Below are positions 61,826 through 64,000 of a DNA stretch of 64,000 bases, one piece after another. The notes under the pieces are model-generated. The model was not told where the DNA came from, ran no database searches, and worked only from the letters and a program-made list of their open reading frames with translations. Origin of the DNA: Octopus sinensis (Eukaryota); the NCBI RefSeq assembly GCF_006345805.1, contig NW_021834240.1:7409-71408 (forward strand), written 5' to 3'. How positions within the stretch are numbered: the first letter of the stretch is position 1; every line of letters begins with the position of its first letter. Made by a program: the position numbers and the translations under genes.

Positions 61826-62063
61826 CCGTTATCTGGCTGGTCTGCTGGCTCAGTGCGACTGGCTGCTCATACCACTTGCTTGTTTAACACTAGGTCATTC
61901 CCCAAATGAGTAGACCGCATGATGAAAGGCGTGCTAACCGTGACCAGCCACGCTGAATTTTCCATACATTGCTTCTGCAACTACGTTTCCATGTAGAAGC
62001 CTCCCTCATTGGCTCATACATACATACATACATACATTATATATATATATATATATATATACA

Positions 62064-62463
62064 CTCTTTTACTTGTTTCAGTCATTTGACTGTGGCCATG
62101 CTGGAGCACCGCCTTTAGTCGAGCAAGTCGACCCCAGGACGTATTGTTTGTAAGCCTAGCACTAATTCTATCAGTCTCTTTTGCCGAACTGCTAGATTAC
62201 AGGGATACAAACACACCAGCATCGGTTGTCAAGCGATGTTTGGGTGGACAAACACAGACACACACACACACAACACACACACACATATATATATATATAT
62301 ACGACGGGCTTCTTTCAGTTTCCATCTACCAAATCCACTCAAGGCATTGGTAGGCCCGAGGCTATAGTAGAAGACACTTGCCCAAGATGCCACGCAGTGG
62401 GACTGAACCCGGAACCATGTGGTTAGTAAGCAAACTACTTACCACACAGCCATTCCGGCGCCT
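62064..62463 (-). mobile_element. SINE family A inserted in a satellite-family monomer
   Basis: Flanked by reverse-complement satellite sequence at about 61990-62035 and 62475-62568. Confidence 0.85.
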
Positions 62464-62567
62464 ATATATATACAGAGATAAGAGAGTAGGATGTAATATG
62501 AGGGAGATTTGGCTGTTATTTCTACCAGGTCTAGCTACCATGTAGAGGACTCCTCATTGGCTCATAC

Positions 62568-62965
62568 ATGGCCGTTGCCAGCGCCGCCTCAATTGGCTTC
62601 TGTGCCGGTGGCACATAAAAAGCACCATCCGAATGTGGCCGATGCCAGCACCGCCTTGGCTGGCTTCCGTGATGGTGGCACGTTAAAAGCACCAACCGAT
62701 CGTGGCCGATGCCAGCTTCGCCTGGCACCTGTGCAGGTGGCACGTAAACAGCACCATCCGAATGTGGCCGATGCCAGCACCGCCTTGACTGGCTTCTGTG
62801 CAGGTGGCACGTAAAAAGCACCCACTACACTCGCGGAGTTAGGAACACTGCCAGATCAGACTGGAGCCTGGTGCAGCCACTGGCTTCTCAGACCCCGGTC
62901 GAACCGTCCAACCCATGCTAGCATGGAAAACGGACGTTAAACGATGATGATGATGATGATGATGA
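62568..62965 (+). mobile_element. Family D copy (four motifs) inserted in a satellite-family monomer
   Basis: Tail (gat)n is followed by agataagagagtaaggtgtgatatgagggagatttggc. Confidence 0.8.
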
Positions 62966-63321
62966 TAGATAAGAGAGTAAGGTGTGATATGAGGGAGATT
63001 TGGCTGCTGTTTCTAGGACTAACTACCACTCCCTCTACCTTACTCTCCAAGCCACTCCCCTTCATTTCCCACCTGGAATATCCATGTATCCACTCTACTG
63101 CAACACACCTGTGTCTGTTCCATCTCTACCTTTGAAAATCTCTCAACTGGCCCCGAGTCACAACTCCTCAATGCAACTCACCACCACTCCCAGTTGATGG
63201 GGTTTTGCTTTGCAAAGTACTTGGTGACCCTGTCTGTCTTGGACCCAGGTAAAAAACACTGATATTGGTCCCACATAAAAAGCATTGGTGATGGTCCCAC
63301 ATAAAAAGCACCAGCGCTCTC

Positions 63322-64000
63322 ATCATCATCATCATCGTTTAACGACCGCTTTCCATGCTAGCATGGGTTGGACGGTTCAACTGGGGATCTGGGAAGCCAG
63401 AAGGCTGCACCAGGATCAGTCTGATGTGACAGTGTTTCTACAGCTGGATGCTCTTCCTAACGCCAACCACTCCGAGAGTGTAGTGGGTGCTTTTTACGTG
63501 CCACTGGCACGGAGGCCAGGTGAGGCTGGCAACGGCCACGATCGGATGGTGCTTTGTTACGTGCCACCTGCACAGAAGCCAGTTGAGGCGGCGCTGGCAT
63601 CGGCCACCTTCAGATGGTGCTGTTTACGTGCCACCGGCACAGGGATCCCAACTACTATTTCCATTGATTTTGATTTCGGTGTACTTGACTCAATGAATCT
63701 CCTCAAGCACAGGGTCGAAATGGTGTTTCTTCACTTGCCACCTGCACAGAAGTCAGTCCAGGGGTCCTGGCAACTGCCGGGTGCCAGTCATAGGATTGGT
63801 TCGATTCCGATTTTGATTTCACTTGCCCCAACAGGTCTTCGCTGAGGCTATGTAAAAAAGCACCCAGCACACTCTGTGGAGTGGTTGGCATTAGGAAGGG
63901 CATCCAGCTGTAGAAACACTGCCAAAACAGACAATGGAACCTGATGTGGATCCCAGCCTTGCCATTCTCTGTCGAACCATCCAACCCAGCCAGCATGGAA
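63322..64000. mobile_element. Family D (-, 63322-63840) back to back with family D tail (+, 63850-64000)
   Basis: Conserved D blocks in opposite orientations. Confidence 0.75.

Noticed and set aside
61017-61913. 298-aa Leu/Ser-rich ORF that looks hydrophobic
   Set aside because: It is a translation of the CT-rich tract; stop codons are compositionally absent.
3665-62426. Recurrent ORFs such as MLGGQTQTH...RRASFSFRLPNPLTRHWSARG and MFLRLDALPNANHS
   Set aside because: They are translations of non-coding SINE A and family D copies, with variable frames and stops.

Overview
Eukaryotic, AT-rich, repeat-saturated animal DNA. The repeat landscape looks to me like a coleoid cephalopod (Octopus-type); this is an inference from recalled repeat motifs, not a search result. 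I can recognise no intact host protein-coding gene. The window is a mosaic of: huge (TA)/(CA)/(TATG) microsatellite tracts, which explain most ORFs in the track; three tRNA-headed SINE families (A, B, C); many 5'-truncated RTE-LINE 3' ends (family D); CR1/L2 and RTE ORF2 remnants; Tc1/mariner elements, including one full-length DD34D mariner (34485-35770) with a single premature stop; piggyBac-type and Tc1-type MITEs; Helentron-type non-autonomous elements; and a ~3.3 kb 107-bp satellite. The strongest structural signal is a set of unrelated short non-coding elements carrying minimal type I hammerhead ribozyme folds (CUGANGA/GAAA/NUH with palindromic stem III), several built as near-perfect fold-backs (21967-22130, 32036-32267; also 30640-30685 and a CCGACGA-variant family). 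They are consistent with Penelope-like terminal repeats. Other points of interest: a satellite with a CCAAT box in every unit, an HRE-like VNTR in the RTE 3'UTR, template-switch palindromes, a C2H2 zinc-finger relic, and a CpG-rich island at a purine/pyrimidine strand-polarity switch. Repeat boundaries are read by eye and may be off by several bases.
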